Assembly (NCBI GenBank): GCA_009602725.1
Contig: WELB01000015.1
Location: 1,143,073-1,200,488 of the forward strand
Length of the DNA: 57,416 bases
DNA from: Spirogloea muscicola
Lineage: Eukaryota
Direction of reading: 5' to 3'
The translations under genes were made by a program, and so were the position numbers. Positions within the stretch are counted from its first letter, which is position 1. Each line of letters starts with the position of its first letter. This document shows positions 24,985 to 48,149 of this stretch, piece by piece. The notes beneath the pieces were generated by a model. It saw nothing but the letters and a program-made list of their open reading frames with translations, was not told the DNA's origin and ran no database searches.

Positions 24985-26369
24985 GGCGGCGATCCCACGG
25001 CCTGGGACCAGGGATTTGCCTTAGTCGAGGTTTGAGGTTTTGAAAAATTGTGAGAGTTTGGTGGGCCCTATTTCATGATTTTCCTCAACTGATCCCAGCC
25101 CGTTGCTGACCCGTCTGATCAACGAGCTGGCGCGGCCTTCCGAAGTAACACATCAGCTATAGGCCTCAATCTAAGAGAAGATCTACCAGGTTCTATGAAG
25201 ATAAAGGTATACCAGCCAAACGTATTAGCAATACAAGGGTCGTCAACTGCCTGGGGCCACTCAAGCAAGTTGCTCATTATTTCTGGGTAAGGCAAGGGGT
25301 TGGGTTGCAGGTTGTGAAGACTGCAGTTGTTACATAGCTCGCAGTCGGGACGAGACTCCTGCTCGACTTCTGGAATCAGTGCAAGCTGTTTAAAAATTGG
25401 GCACGCGCCGCTTGCATGCCAGCGCCGATCGTATCACGGCATGGACTCTGCGGCCACCGCAGACCGCAGCAATGGCTTTTGCGTGCAGATCCATTGCTTG
25501 TCACGGCTGCACTTGTGCTCCTCGGGCCCTATGGCTGCTATACATCTATTTCTCTTGGAGGCGAGCTGCATCGACTGGGTGTTGGACGGCACGATAAGAC
25601 CCGCCCGTCATCCACGATCATGGGCTTGTTGACCTTTGGAAGCTGCAGTCTCTGCTTGCAGAAAAGCAGAGGCCTGTCAGTGAGGTAGTAGACGAAGCCC
25701 TCGTCCTGGCGTAGAGCGTACAACTCCTGCCTCCAGACATGACACGGGCTGATGTTGCTGCAAACCTATCACTATGCACGTCAAAATTGGCAGATTCCGT
25801 TCCAGTTTTCACACACAGTCCGACTTTGCGCTAAGTGCTTGCCACCGGCCGTTTATTTTAGCAGCCAAATTAATGAACACAAAGGAGAATCATCTACAAG
25901 TACACTTCTTGAGACGTGGGAAGCATATTCACGTCTTATCAGAGTGTAATTAACAATAATCACTGAGTCATCGATCACAATAACGTCACAGTAGGTGGGT
26001 GATTGTACACGGACAAGCAGCAAAGAAGCAGTCGTGGGCCATGACGTGGATTCGCGCACGGCATATGCAGCGGCTGCTGCGATGGCTGTGCTGCACCACA
26101 TGGCGGCCTTTGCCGGGGTTGGACATAAGGCTCGGCCAGCCTGCCGCCTGACCGAGGCAGGGGTCTGAGGGAGTCCCGGACCCCTATATTGGACAACCAC
26201 GATGGCTCTGGGCGCATATTCCAGAGTCTAGGGTTGGTGATTAGGGTTTAGGGTTAATGATGGAGATAACGAGTCTCTAGCCTGGCCCTAGCCTAACACC
26301 GTCTACCTCAGATCCACAATATCTGCTAAGTGTCTCTTTGCAAGGCCTATCTGCTCTTGGAGATGCTCG

Positions 26370-29100
26370 TTAGGAGCAGAGTACATTTAGTAGCACCTGG
26401 ACGACCTCGCGGTAAACCTCGTCGCATGGGTGCGCTTGGTCGCTGTGGCTCATCGTGTTGTCCTCCCGAACCTGGCTGATGCGCCACGCATCCACCTCGT
26501 CGACGCGCTTTCCGTGTTGCACCCACTTGTCACGCAGCCGCGGCAGCACAGTGTGCCGCACGAACTCGTTGAGGTACTCCATGCGGGGGTTGGAGAGGTA
26601 GATCTTGCCATCATAGTCGTTCCGGATGCAGTTGGCCTTGCCGCTCTCCGGCGGGTGGAGGTCGCGGCAGTCGGTCGTGTCGGCGACCCACTTGTGGATA
26701 GCCATCTGGCTCACCCACACCGCGCGGTCGAACGGCGCCTCAAGGGCTGAGCCGAGGAGCGCGTCCCAGGAGCCGCCCTGGCCCGGCGAGACGAACGCGT
26801 CGTAGAAGAACTCCCAGTCCAGGGTGCCGTCGTGGAGCCCGGCACTGAACACCACAACATCCGTGACGCCGGGGAGCTTCTTGCCCATGCCGTTACGCTC
26901 CATGGCTGCCAAGATGTTGGCTGCGCGGAATGTGGCATTCAGCGCGTTGGCCGCCCACAGCACGCCTCGCGTGGGGAAAATGAAGGTACGGCCGCGGTAG
27001 GGGAACACGTGCTCGTGCATCCCATGCTCGATTTGCGGCCCGAAGAACAGCTCGTTAGACACACAGAAGACGTTGCCCGACCTGTTTGCTTGTCGCTCCC
27101 AGCAGGGCTCAGCATCCCTCCTGCACGCAGGAAATCAAAGCCGTATGTTGCCTCAATTCAGTGAGTTATCAGTGACCTGGTAGCTAACCTCTAGTCCAGT
27201 AGAGAATTCACAATTGATCTGGTCTCGCAGCAATTTTCTTGCGGCTGCTTTACAAGAATGAAATCCAGGAGTGGGAAAAGGGCCACATATTACTCGATAG
27301 CAAAACAGTCTCGTTTTGAGAGTGAAGGTGTTGAGCTGGCACAGCTGACCTGTGAGCGCAGTGATAGTCGCAATCAGTCCCTTGCATGCTGCCGCACTGC
27401 AGGAAGTTGCAGAGGTGCATGGCGACGCTGTCACCGACCACCATCACGCGGTGCCTGCTCGAGTCGGCAACAAGTCAACCATCATATTGAGAAGGTTCAA
27501 CCCAGAACACATATCTACAACACAAGCCCTACTGTTCAAGTCACTTGAGCAGACCAATACTGGACCTCGTCTGCTACTCCTAAACACACAATGTATCTTG
27601 GAAGTGGCAATCAATAGCGCAAATGTAGGCAGAGTCAAGCAATGTGGAAATTTTTACTGCCAGAAAGAGATTGGCGGATGTTAAAGGTGACACTGATGAA
27701 GATGATAAAGGTGATGAAGGTTACTTGTTGAGACAGGCGGAGCCTGCCGCCTGGTCAAAGCGCTGAAGCGAGCAGTCGTACGGCTCCCACTGGTCATAGC
27801 TGTACCATGCCCGCCCGCGGCCTTTGTCCTCCTTCAACAGGCTCTTCCTCCCTGCCACCAGGAAACTACTGGTACAATCTCGCTTCAATCAGCTACTACA
27901 TACACGGCACTGCCAGCTACAGCTATCTAATCACAGGTGATGACTGTAGCAATTAAGTGTGCCCTACATAGGCAGATGCACATTAGCACTGGGCATATGT
28001 GGTTCTCCCATTTGCTGTTTGAGAGCTCCCTGATGGCATGATAAATTCCACTGAGCTTCGACACTTTGACAAGGCATGCAAGTGATGGAAATGGGTTTTC
28101 CATGCATGGGTTGTGCTCGCATGCACCTGTCTCAACTGGGGGCTCGCAGACGATGCTGGAGGCGTCGCGGCAGCTCGCGGGGCAAGTGGCTAGGTGAGTG
28201 CCAGGCCCGAAGGCGCCCTCCCAGACGGGTACTAAGACCTCCTCCGCCTTGCTGCGAGGCCGCTTGCTCCAGACGCCCGCGTGCGCACCGCCCTCGCACG
28301 GTGCCAGGTCCTGCTTCCGAAGCGCTTCCTCTGCAGCCTCCACTTCAACCTACCAATGAACGACACCAGACAGAGCCGTGGTAAGGTTCACTGCCTGATC
28401 ACAAATTGTAACATCAAGCAGTTAATGTAAGCAGCTGACTGGAAAGGTACATCAATTGGTAAATCAATAAATGGGAAGTACATTGTCTCATAAAAGTTAT
28501 TGAAATAAATCTAAGTTGATGGTGGAAAAAGTGAGTGCATGTGCAGCTCTCACAGTGAAGGGGGAGCCGGGGGCGGGCGCGCCGGTGAGGGGCGGCGAGA
28601 CGAGGCCGGCGGTGCCGATGCCGGCGCCCCAGTCGTCGGACCAGACGCGGCGGTCGCCGGCGGACGGCAGCACGCCCTCCACCGCCTCGATGCGGTGCGG
28701 ATACTCCAACCGCACGTGCACCTACCTAACGCGCTGCTCCGGCAGTGAGCTTATAACTAAAACCCAACCCTAAATCCTGAACCCTAATTCCTTGACCCTA
28801 TGACCCTGATTCCTAAACCCCACATTATTGGTCTGCCATGGCGAATGAGCTGATGATGGGTAGACACCATTTGCTGCTTTTCTATCTTTCACGGAGCTCC
28901 TGCGCCTCGCGGCGGCGGGTTTGGCGCTGGCGGAGCGCCAGCGCCATGCCAGCAGCCCCGAACCCTTGCATCGCAAGCCCCTCCGACTGGGTTCAGGGTT
29001 CAGAGTTTACGGTTTAGGATTGAGGACTTAGGGTTTGCGTTTAGGTTAGGGTTTACGGATTAGGCTTCGGGGTTTGGGAACCCTAATGCTTCCGATGGCA

Positions 29101-29132
<32 letters not shown>

Positions 29133-29412
29133 TCACGGTGTGGGGCCCGGGCTCGCGGGGGCGGAAGGACGCGACGTAGGTGTCGGCGGCGCCGGCGTGC
29201 GCCACGGCGCCCGCCGCCAGCGTGCTCGGCCCGAAGGCGGCGACGTACCAGACGCCGTCGGTGGTGTTCCTCGCGTTCGGGAACTGCGGGANNNNNNNNN
29301 NNNNNNNNNNNNNNNNNNNNNNNNNNNNNNNNNNNNNNNNNNNNNNNNNNNNNNNNNNNNNNNNNNNNNNNNNNNNNNNNNNNNNNNNNNNNNCGCTCCG
29401 CCGCCATCGTCA

Positions 29413-29413
<1 letters not shown>
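26370..29413 (-). CDS. Ig/filamin-like + SGNH (TBL/NXPE-like) protein, copy 2 (paralogue of 9920-13544)
   Basis: VMVVGDSVAMHLCNFLQC; SAGLHD; HKWVADTTDC; CIRNDYDGKIYLSNPR; HSDQAHPCDEVYRE; VHVRLEYPHR. Intron positions are shared with copy 1. The start lies beyond a gap and is tentative. Confidence 0.78.
28757..29075. repeat. Oppositely oriented degenerate telomere-like (CCCTAAA / TTTAGGG) clusters in one intron
   Basis: CCCTAAA-like units at 28757-28820 and TTTAGGG-like units at 28988-29075. Confidence 0.75.
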
Positions 29414-29449
<36 letters not shown>

Positions 29450-29624
29450 TCGCGGCGGGGGCGGGGGGCCGAGCTGCAGGGGCAGGTCTCCCCAACAGCC
29501 AGGTTCATTCAAGGGGGTTTTGCCGTTAAGAATAGGTGGGAGTTGTGGGAGGCGAACTTGGGGCTCGTTAGAAGCGGTCTGGCAGGCCCCATACTTCAGT
29601 CCCGCAAGCCATCGGTGCATGCTG

Positions 29625-29880
29625 TGGAATGCGGCTATCCTTGAGTCGGCAGCGCTCCCAGGCACTAGCGATTCCCCAGCGTGCTGGTCGTGCATTAAGC
29701 CCAGGCTAGTGGCTTCCGTGGTGGTGGTTTGGCGCCTCAGTATAGCTTGTCAGATATGCATGTGCTCACTCGGGGATATTAGTGTCCCCCTTAGCCAGCT
29801 CGTTACCCAGTTAACAGGACATTTGTAAGGCTAGACTTGGCCTCCCTTTCAATTTCATGCGCACCGCGCACCTTCTCCTT
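29625..29880 (+). mobile_element. CRE-like LINE 3' fragment (class II 3' end)
   Basis: MRLSLSRQRSQALAIPQRAGRAL..YSLSDMHVLTRGY* plus a 3'UTR ending CATGCGCACCGCGCACCTTCTCC. Near-identical to 2661-2917. Confidence 0.85.
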
Positions 29881-31691
29881 GGCACTAGACATTGTTGACA
29901 CGCTGGTCTCTGCAACCCTTGTTGCTCTCCCTCTATACTCGGCGTGCTTTACTAGCTTGCTGGCCAAAGCCAGCTGGTCAAAGGCACGCGGGCCTCTTAC
30001 TCCTGCCTATGACTGGCCATGAGGCATACTGTTGCCAGGCTGTGCTAATATGTTGATCGCTGTCGGACAAAGAGATGAGCCAGCTTCAATCAACAATCCA
30101 TGGATTAGGCCGCCAGAACATGGAGGCCGTCTGTCAGAGGGTGGTCAGGTGTCCTCGGAGCGAGGCTACTGCCAGGTATTTCAACAATCTGATATGCATT
30201 CTGGTAGGGAAGCAGATTCCATACCTCGAAAGATACTATGCTTTCAGGACAGATAAGGGGCAGCGCCTCGTGAAGTCATTAATGTGTAGTAAGGCAGTTC
30301 ATCGTGTGGTACAGTTGGCCTCAAAGAAGCAAGCAAATTCCTATTGGCAGGGGAGACATGACTGTTCAACAAGCACATGGTCAGAGCATGCATCTTTGCA
30401 TCTCTTCGTCTTGATCTGCTGTTCATATACGACTCCTGCATGCAGAAGTATTTCAGCTTGCAACTGGCTACTTGATTAGCCGAGTCCTCCTTTTCAATTA
30501 GTATGACAATGAATGCCTGCAGGAGGGTATCTAGTTGCACCTGGCTGTTCAATCAGCTAAGCCCTGCTTTCATGAACAGTACGCCAATGAATCCAGAATA
30601 ATGTCTCCCACATCAGCTTTCTTGCCTGATCTGGCTAGTGACTATCCATCTGGCAGCAGACAGCACAATTTACTACTTTCCTTACAGTGGACTATGAAGA
30701 GGAGGTTTAGCACCTGTAAATGGCAGGGCAACACATCTGCAACATCTGCCCCTAACTGATGGGAGCATGCCTCAGGATTGTGCGGGGACACTACATGGTG
30801 GTGAGGGCAATCATATCGGATAGGTCTACTGGACAGTGCAACCAAAGTCATCTTGAGTAGCCGAATCCATGTATTTCCAGTAGTGCTCAGATTACAAGCA
30901 ACTGCTATGGTAGTTTCACTAGTATGATACGAACCTCGAGGCTGAATACAGTTGCATTAAGAGTCTCATCGATTCGAAGTATCAGAATCACTGAGGCTCT
31001 TGTCAGACAACTTGTACCATCATACGGACGAACTATCTATCAGATGTGGTGGATAACTTCAAGATGCATCACTGGAGTGTGAGCATGAGCACATCAACCA
31101 CCATGCACATATACTGTTGCTACTGCAGCATGTAGAAGTCATGCATGTGTGCAATATGCTAGATAGAGAGTACAACCGCTCCACATAAAAGCAGTTGTAC
31201 TGCAGGAAGTAGGCCGAAGAAATTTGTCAATGTAAAAGCACTCAGTATTTTTTGTTGGTTGCTTGTTGTCTGCCTGACCCAGGACAAATAGCTCAGTGAG
31301 CAGTAGGGTGGGAGTTTCACTGTCAGTGTGGAAGCATTCAAGCTTTGATTTGGCTGTCGTCCCCTTACGCAGCATACGTACAACTCAATGTGAGTTGTGT
31401 GTCCCTGACACGCTAAGGACTGCGTAGAAGGGCGAGTATATTATCTCTTCTCTACATGTTCTCTACAAAAATAACCAATTTACCCACGAGATCACCACAT
31501 CTAGGAATCTGATCATCTACACCTCTGAACCTAGAGTACAACACTCTACCAGGGCAATGGGGAGCCTGGCAATGGTGCCGGGCACCAGAAATGTCTCCTA
31601 CTTTGCTACCACATGAACAAGATCAGATTGTGGAAGCTATGCGCAATATTTTGCGGCAGCGTGCTGTTGTAAGACAGGGCAGGCGCTTGGC

Positions 31692-42388
<10,697 letters not shown>

Positions 42389-43082
42389 CAGGAGCCCTCC
42401 CGGCCTTCCTCTCTCCGCAGCCTCCGCTACACCGAAAGCTCAGAGCTGAGCGTAACCCCGTGACTCTTCCGGGCCCCTATGCGGCAGCGCAACTGTTGGC
42501 GCTGTTGGGTCTTTGCTGGTAGCTGCGCGTTGTGCGGGAGCACAGGGCCACACGGGAGAGGGGGCCAGCTGAAGTGCACGTCGACAGACCCTGGCCTGCA
42601 GGCGAGGGCCGTCGAGCAGCGGGAGATGGGGCCACAGGCCTGCGCTCGGGGAGGACGCGCGCCCACAGAGGAGAGGAGAGGGAAAAGTGCAGTGGTGCTA
42701 GAACGGCCGAGAAGCAAGGTGGGTGTTGGCTTTTTCTGCGGGCCTCGTCCCCCTTTTGGGAAACCCACTTTCTTGGGAGAGTACAAGCGTGGGAAGGCGG
42801 ACGTGGGGAGGTGGGGCTGGACAGAGCTGCGCAGGAGAGAGAGAAGAAAGAACTTGGAAAATGTCAGCCCAAAACATGGAAGTGTTTGGGTAAGTAAGAG
42901 CACTGGGACATGGGGGACGGGGAGCTCGGGAAGATTGAGAGAAGTGGCACTCTCAACGGAAATTGGAGTGGGTATTGAGTGGAGGAGGGAGGGAGGAGGG
43001 AGGAGGGGAGGGAGGGGCCAGGAAGGTGGGGGGAGGGTGGAGTGGGGTGGTGGCACTTCTGGAGCCTCAGGGGACGCACGGC

Positions 43083-43290
43083 GCCCACGTCGCCCCCCGG
43101 TTAACCACGCTGTCCTGGCTTGTCGAGGGTTACCGTGGTTACTCCAACCGCGGGGGATCCCGGTTAGCCAGCCCGCGCGCCCAATGGGCGCCCGGCTCGG
43201 CCCCGCCCGGGGAACCGCCTGTGCGCCCGCCACGTCGCAGCCGCGCCACGTGGGCACCGATCGGATGCGGGATTTCCGCCACGTGTACAC
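43083..43290. promoter_or_regulatory. Cluster of G-box/ABRE-like CCACGT motifs upstream of the ABCC gene
   Basis: GCCCACGTCG, GCCACGTCG, GCCACGTGG and GCCACGTGT within about 200 bp of GC-rich DNA. Confidence 0.35.
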
Positions 43291-43319
43291 CGCGGGCTAG
43301 GCCCAGCCCCCCCCCCTGG

Positions 43320-44860
43320 AAGTAAGAGTCTTCCAGTAGGAAGGGGGCCATGGCTGGTGTTGGAGGTGCAGCTCCGTGGAGCTGCAGCTGGACGCCCACT
43401 TACCCGCGGCGAGCCGCATACACTACGCACAGTAGTGGGATTTAAGCACATCCAAAAAGCAAGTGGCTCTCTCAGGGGGCGAGGACTGTGAAAGGCCAGC
43501 CCCAAACGACTGGTCAAGGTCCGAAGGGGCCGGAAAGAAGAAAGCGCGGCCAAATTGACTGGGGGCTATGAGAGGCCAGCCCGAAAGGAATGGACAAGGT
43601 CTGAAGGAGCCGGATGGCGCAGAAAGCAAGGTGTTCCGTGCTAATACCGCAAGAAGGGGACGCTCAATAACCTCGAAAGCGCTACAACACACAACTAAGT
43701 ACGTATATTGAAGGATGTTCACTTTGTGACTAAACCCTACTAGTGCGGCAAAAGGGAACAGCAGCTCTCCAGATCGATGCATTCCAACCACGGGCACCCA
43801 CACTGACTGTGCCAGGTTGGGCGACACATCATGCGGATAAGAAGAGAGAGGCAATATAAGGACCACCCCCTGGACGTGGGCGCCCACTTCTTCCCATGTG
43901 CCATGGACATGAACGGCAGCTACAAACGAAGTGTAAGTGGTCTTCCCTCCTCCATCGCCTGGCACAGAATGTCGATGCCCGCCGATGTAGTCGGGCGCGT
44001 AGCTTAGGGCATTCTAGCGTCCCGCAAGCATTGTTGCGCAATGGGGTGGGGCTACACAAAAGTGGGGCTACACCGTGCTTTGCAATGTGTAGCCACACGT
44101 CTAAACTAGCTTCTGTCATGCACTGGCTTCACTGACCCCCTTTCTTGTCATGCGGACCGCGCGCCTTCTCTTTGAAAGCTGCTTCTTTTGTTGACGAGGT
44201 CTGCCGCACTTTATGACGTTCTAAGAATTCCAGCAGCAGCATCAGCTGGGGCCAGTGATGGCTTCAATACTTTTGGGGTTGGCCTCTCAAAGCCATTGCC
44301 TTACCCTAAGAGCTGTTTCCCATTTCTCTTTCTTGCAGCCATCGCCTCACCTTAAACAGGAGAGAAGGCGCGCGGGGCGCATGAAATGAAAGGGAAGAAC
44401 GGCTCTTCGGGGGGCGAGGGCTGTGAGCCCGGAAGAAGAAATAGAGCTGTTAGTTGATGGCATCCCTTTGTTGGCGGGCAAAACCCTCCTCCCTCCTCCC
44501 CACCCCTCTCCCCGCTACCAAATCGTACGGCTGACCAGCGCCTCCCCTCAGCGCCCCCCTTCCCGGTCCTCGGCAGCGCGCCACGTCCACACGCGGGCGC
44601 CTCATCCTCCACCCCTCCCCTACGGCACTACCATGATCATCCTCGAGGGGACCATCTTTACCCGTGTGCCATGGATATCTATGGAGGCTACGGCGTGAAA
44701 TGGTCCTCCCTGATCCAGCATCTGGCCCGGCTGGTTGATGCGCGTCGTCGAAGTCGGGGGGGCAGCTTGGGCCACTCCAGCATTCCGCAGGCCTTAGTTG
44801 CATATTATAGAATGCGGCTCTCGCTTAGTTTGCAGCGCTCGCAAGCATTGGCTCTTCATC
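43320..44860. mobile_element. Nest of CRE-like LINE fragments between ABCC and RPL12
   Basis: RQYKDHP..FFPCAMDMNG..KWSSLLHRLA (43845-44040); HYHDHPRGDHLYPCAMDIYGGYGVKWSSLIQHLAR..YYRMRLSLSLQRSQALALH (44625-44860); several 3' hairpin remnants. Confidence 0.8.
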
Positions 44861-45137
44861 NNNNNNNNNNNNNNNNNNNNNNNNNNNNNNNNNNNNNNNN
44901 NNNNNNNNNNNNNNNNNNNNNNNNNNNNNNNNNNNNNNNNNNNNNNNNNNNNNNNNNNNNNNNNNNNNNNNNNNNNNNNNNNNNNNNNNNNNNNNNNNNN
45001 NNNNNNNNNNNNNNNNNNNNNNNNNNNNNNNNNNNNNNNNNNNNNNNNNNNNNNNNNNNNNNNNNNNNNNNNNNNNNNNNNNNNNNNNNNNNNNNNNNNN
45101 NNNNNNNNNNNNNNNNNNNNNNNNNNNNNNNNNNNNN

Positions 45138-45535
45138 TGGCGGACATCGAGAAGCTGGTGGCGGAGGTGAAGAGCCTGACGCTCAGCGAGGCGCGCGTCT
45201 TCACGGACCGCCTGCAGGAGGAGCTCGGCGTGTCCGCCGCCGCCTTCGCGCCCGCGGCCGCCGGCCCCGGCGCTGCTGGCGCCGCCGTCGCCGCCGCGCC
45301 CGCCGAGGTCGTCGAGGAGAAGACCGAGTTCGACGTGTCGCTCACCGAGGTGCCGGCCTCCAACCGCATCGCCGTCATCAAGGTCGTGCGCGCCATCACG
45401 TCGCTCGGCCTCAAGGAGGCCAAGGACCTCATCGAGGGCCTGCCCAAGAAGGTCAAGGAGGGCGTCACCAAGGATGAGGCCGAGGACTTCAAGAAGCAGC
45501 TCGAGGTCGCTGGCGCCAAGGTCGCCATTGCCTAA
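45138..45535 (+). CDS. RPL12: 50S ribosomal protein L12 (bL12c), probably chloroplastic, 5' end in gap
   Basis: [89 protein letters not shown]. Confidence 0.95.
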
Positions 45536-45592
45536 GCTGCTGCTGCACTGAGCCCGACCTACTCCTACAGTGCCAAAGCGCCCGACTACGGG

Positions 45593-45794
45593 CTGTGGCG
45601 GGAGGTGGAGCCGTGTGCCCAGCAGGCCGTAGATGTTCGGGTGATGGATGTTGGTTGACTTCCTCGGGGCTAGCATCAAGAGATCTGTGATCGTTTGGTG
45701 GATCCTTGAGCGGCCAGCCCCGACGAAGTCAGCCAACGTCTATCCCCCGAACATCTATGGCCTGCAGGGCACGCGGCTCCACCTCCCGCTACAG
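45593..45794 (+). ncRNA. Long imperfect fold-back hairpin (pre-miRNA/hpRNA-like or MITE) just 3' of RPL12
   Basis: Arm starting CTGTGGCGGGAGGTGGAGCCG (45593) is the reverse complement of the arm ending CGGCTCCACCTCCCGCTACAG (45794), over about 80-90 bp. Confidence 0.6.
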
Positions 45795-45799
45795 TGGAC

Positions 45800-47450
45800 T
45801 GGCTTTCCTTGTTCTTTTGGGCTGGCCTCTCACAGCCATTGCCTTACATCGAAAGAGTTGGGTTTTCCCACATGCGGCTATGATGAGTCTGCAGCGCTCC
45901 CAGGCACTTGCGATACACCAGCGTGCTGGGCGTGCTTTAGGCCACAATAATGGCTTCCGTGGTGATGGTCTGGCTCTTCAGCTTAGCTTGTCAGGTTTGT
46001 ATGTGCTCACTTACGGATACTGGTGTCCCCCTTAGCCAGCTCATTGCCCCGTTACCAGGACTTTTGGAAGGCTCGGATTGGCCTCCCTTTCATTGTCATG
46101 CGCACCGCGCGCCTTCTCTCTGGAGAGTTCTCTATCTAAGGAAGACGAAGTGAGCTCTTCAAAAGGGCAAGAGAGCTGTGAGAGGCGGAAGTACGCAGAC
46201 CACCCCGCTGGCGACGTGTTTGTCGCCCTTGCAGTCAACGTCTTCGGGGCATTTGAGACTCGCTGGCTCGACCTAACTCCAGCAGCTTGCACAGCGTGCT
46301 GTGACCTGCCGCCATGGGCAGCAGAGCGAGCAGCCTGGCCTCCAATGAGGTTGGGTCGCCTGCTCAAGTGTACAGACGTACCTTGCCATCTCACTGCAGC
46401 TTTCCTTGGCATTTGCCGTCCACTTGCAGGCAGGCGGCGCCTTGGCCGCTGCCTCGGCTTTTCGCCAGGGCCACGCTTTTCTGCCCTCTAGTTACTCCGA
46501 TCGGCACTTTTACCGATCATAGGGTTTTGGGTGTCCATCCGCAGAAGTCATAGAGAGTTTCTGTGTCTTTGCTCCTTCCGACCCTTGCGAACCTTTCAGA
46601 CCTTTTTCCATTTCCCTTGGGCTGGCCTAATACAGCCATGGTCTTACGTTTGAAGAGCTCTTTACGTATTCTGAAGAACTCTTTACGTGTACTGTGAGAG
46701 GCCAGCATGAAAGAGCCCTTGCCAAGCTGGCAGGTTAAAGAGACAAGGCGATGGCTTTTAAAGCTCTTCTGAACGAGGGCGAGGGCTGTGAAAGGCAGCT
46801 GAAATGAGAGAAGGCGCGAGGTGCGCATGTATTCAGAGGTAGGCCAAGCAAGCAAGCCAGTACACTGGAAGAAACAGCTCTTCTTAGGTACGGCAATGGA
46901 TGTGAGAGGCCAGCCCAAATAAACGAACAAGGACAGAAAGGGCCGAAAACCTTGTTCAATATCAAAAGGTGGACCAGAATCAAAAGGACCGGTATGCTCA
47001 ATATAGTACGGCTATGTAAGTACCACAAAGAATGGTCGCTTAGTAACACAAAACAAACAGCTTCTCAAGAGTACGGCGACGGCTGTAAGCGTAAGAGTAA
47101 TAGCAAGCTCGTACCGAGGGGGCGAGGGCTGTGAAAGGCCAGCTCGAAAGAAGTGGACAAGGGGCCGGAAAGAGCTGGATCCCAGAGCTATGCAGAGTAT
47201 CACGAGAGATGGTCGCTTAGTAATCCATACTAAGCAGCCGCAAGCCAGCAGTCCCCCTGCCAGTAGCCAGAGGCGGCAGCTAGAGCACGGCCAGCTTGCA
47301 GATGCACGGTGTGGGTCATGGACAGCTGCAGGGCAATAGAGAGCTGCATGCCATACACCTGGGCTAGCGGCCGGCGCCGTTTAATGTCAGCCTGCTCGCT
47401 GTGCCGCCATTGGCTCACAGTATAGTATGGCTGCGAAAGGCCAGCCCTTA
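45800..47450. mobile_element. Nest of degenerate CRE-like LINE fragments
   Basis: SLQRSQALAIHQRAGRAL..LYVLTYGY (45885-46020); RRKYADHPAGDVFVALAVNVFGAF (46180-46270); LAQVYGMQLSIALQ..AGRALAAASG (47260-47370, minus strand); many 3' motifs. Confidence 0.8.
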
Positions 47451-48149
47451 CAATATTACAAACTGAGACTGGGCGGTAGAATGATCATATTGAAGAGAAG
47501 AGTAGAGAAGAGAACATGAAAATGTAATCAGTGAGATGCAAAGACCTACGATGACTATCGTTCATAGTTTTGACATAGAATAAGAAAGATTGGTACGCTA
47601 CCAGTATAAGCCGAAGCATTAGGCCACTTCGCTTGGAAAACAGGGGACTCAGAAGTTGTAGCAACAATCTTCATCTGCTCTTTTCTGCTCTATACTTTTT
47701 GGCACATTACTTTTGCCTAGGCTAGTGGATCTGCATACACTATTACAAGAACATTGAGACAAATCCACAAGGAAAACGACATTTGCCTACGGTAGCAGAC
47801 ATATATATGTGACCATTCGTATGTTCAGCCTCAATGTGCCGGGATTTGAAGGAAGTACCTTGCTTATGCTAAGTCCTGGACTTGTAAACTCAGCACTTAA
47901 ACGTGTGAAGGCTTAAATGATCGTCACAAGTCTCATTTGCTTCTTGAGAGATTTATGTTGAGGAACTCAGCAAAGTGACTCCGTAACTTCGGGAGAAGGG
48001 GTGCTTTTTTCCAGAATAAGGGGAAAGTGGCACAGAAATTGGGGTAGCGACTGTCTACAGAAAACACAGAACTCTGCTAAGTGGTAATATGATGTATAGA
48101 GTCTGACACCTACCTGGGACGGTGATAAACACGAAAGCCATAAGCTTCT

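Noticed and set aside
30075..30479. 134-aa ORF between SGNH copy 2 and ABCC
   Set aside because: No recognisable motif or exon chain; cannot be supported as a gene.
42427..43300. 273-287 aa ORFs on both strands
   Set aside because: Low-complexity GC/purine-rich upstream DNA with no recognisable domain.
47120..47160. Hammerhead ribozyme on the antisense strand (CTGTGA...GAAA)
   Set aside because: Core lacks the CUGANGA spacing and stems I/III cannot be formed.
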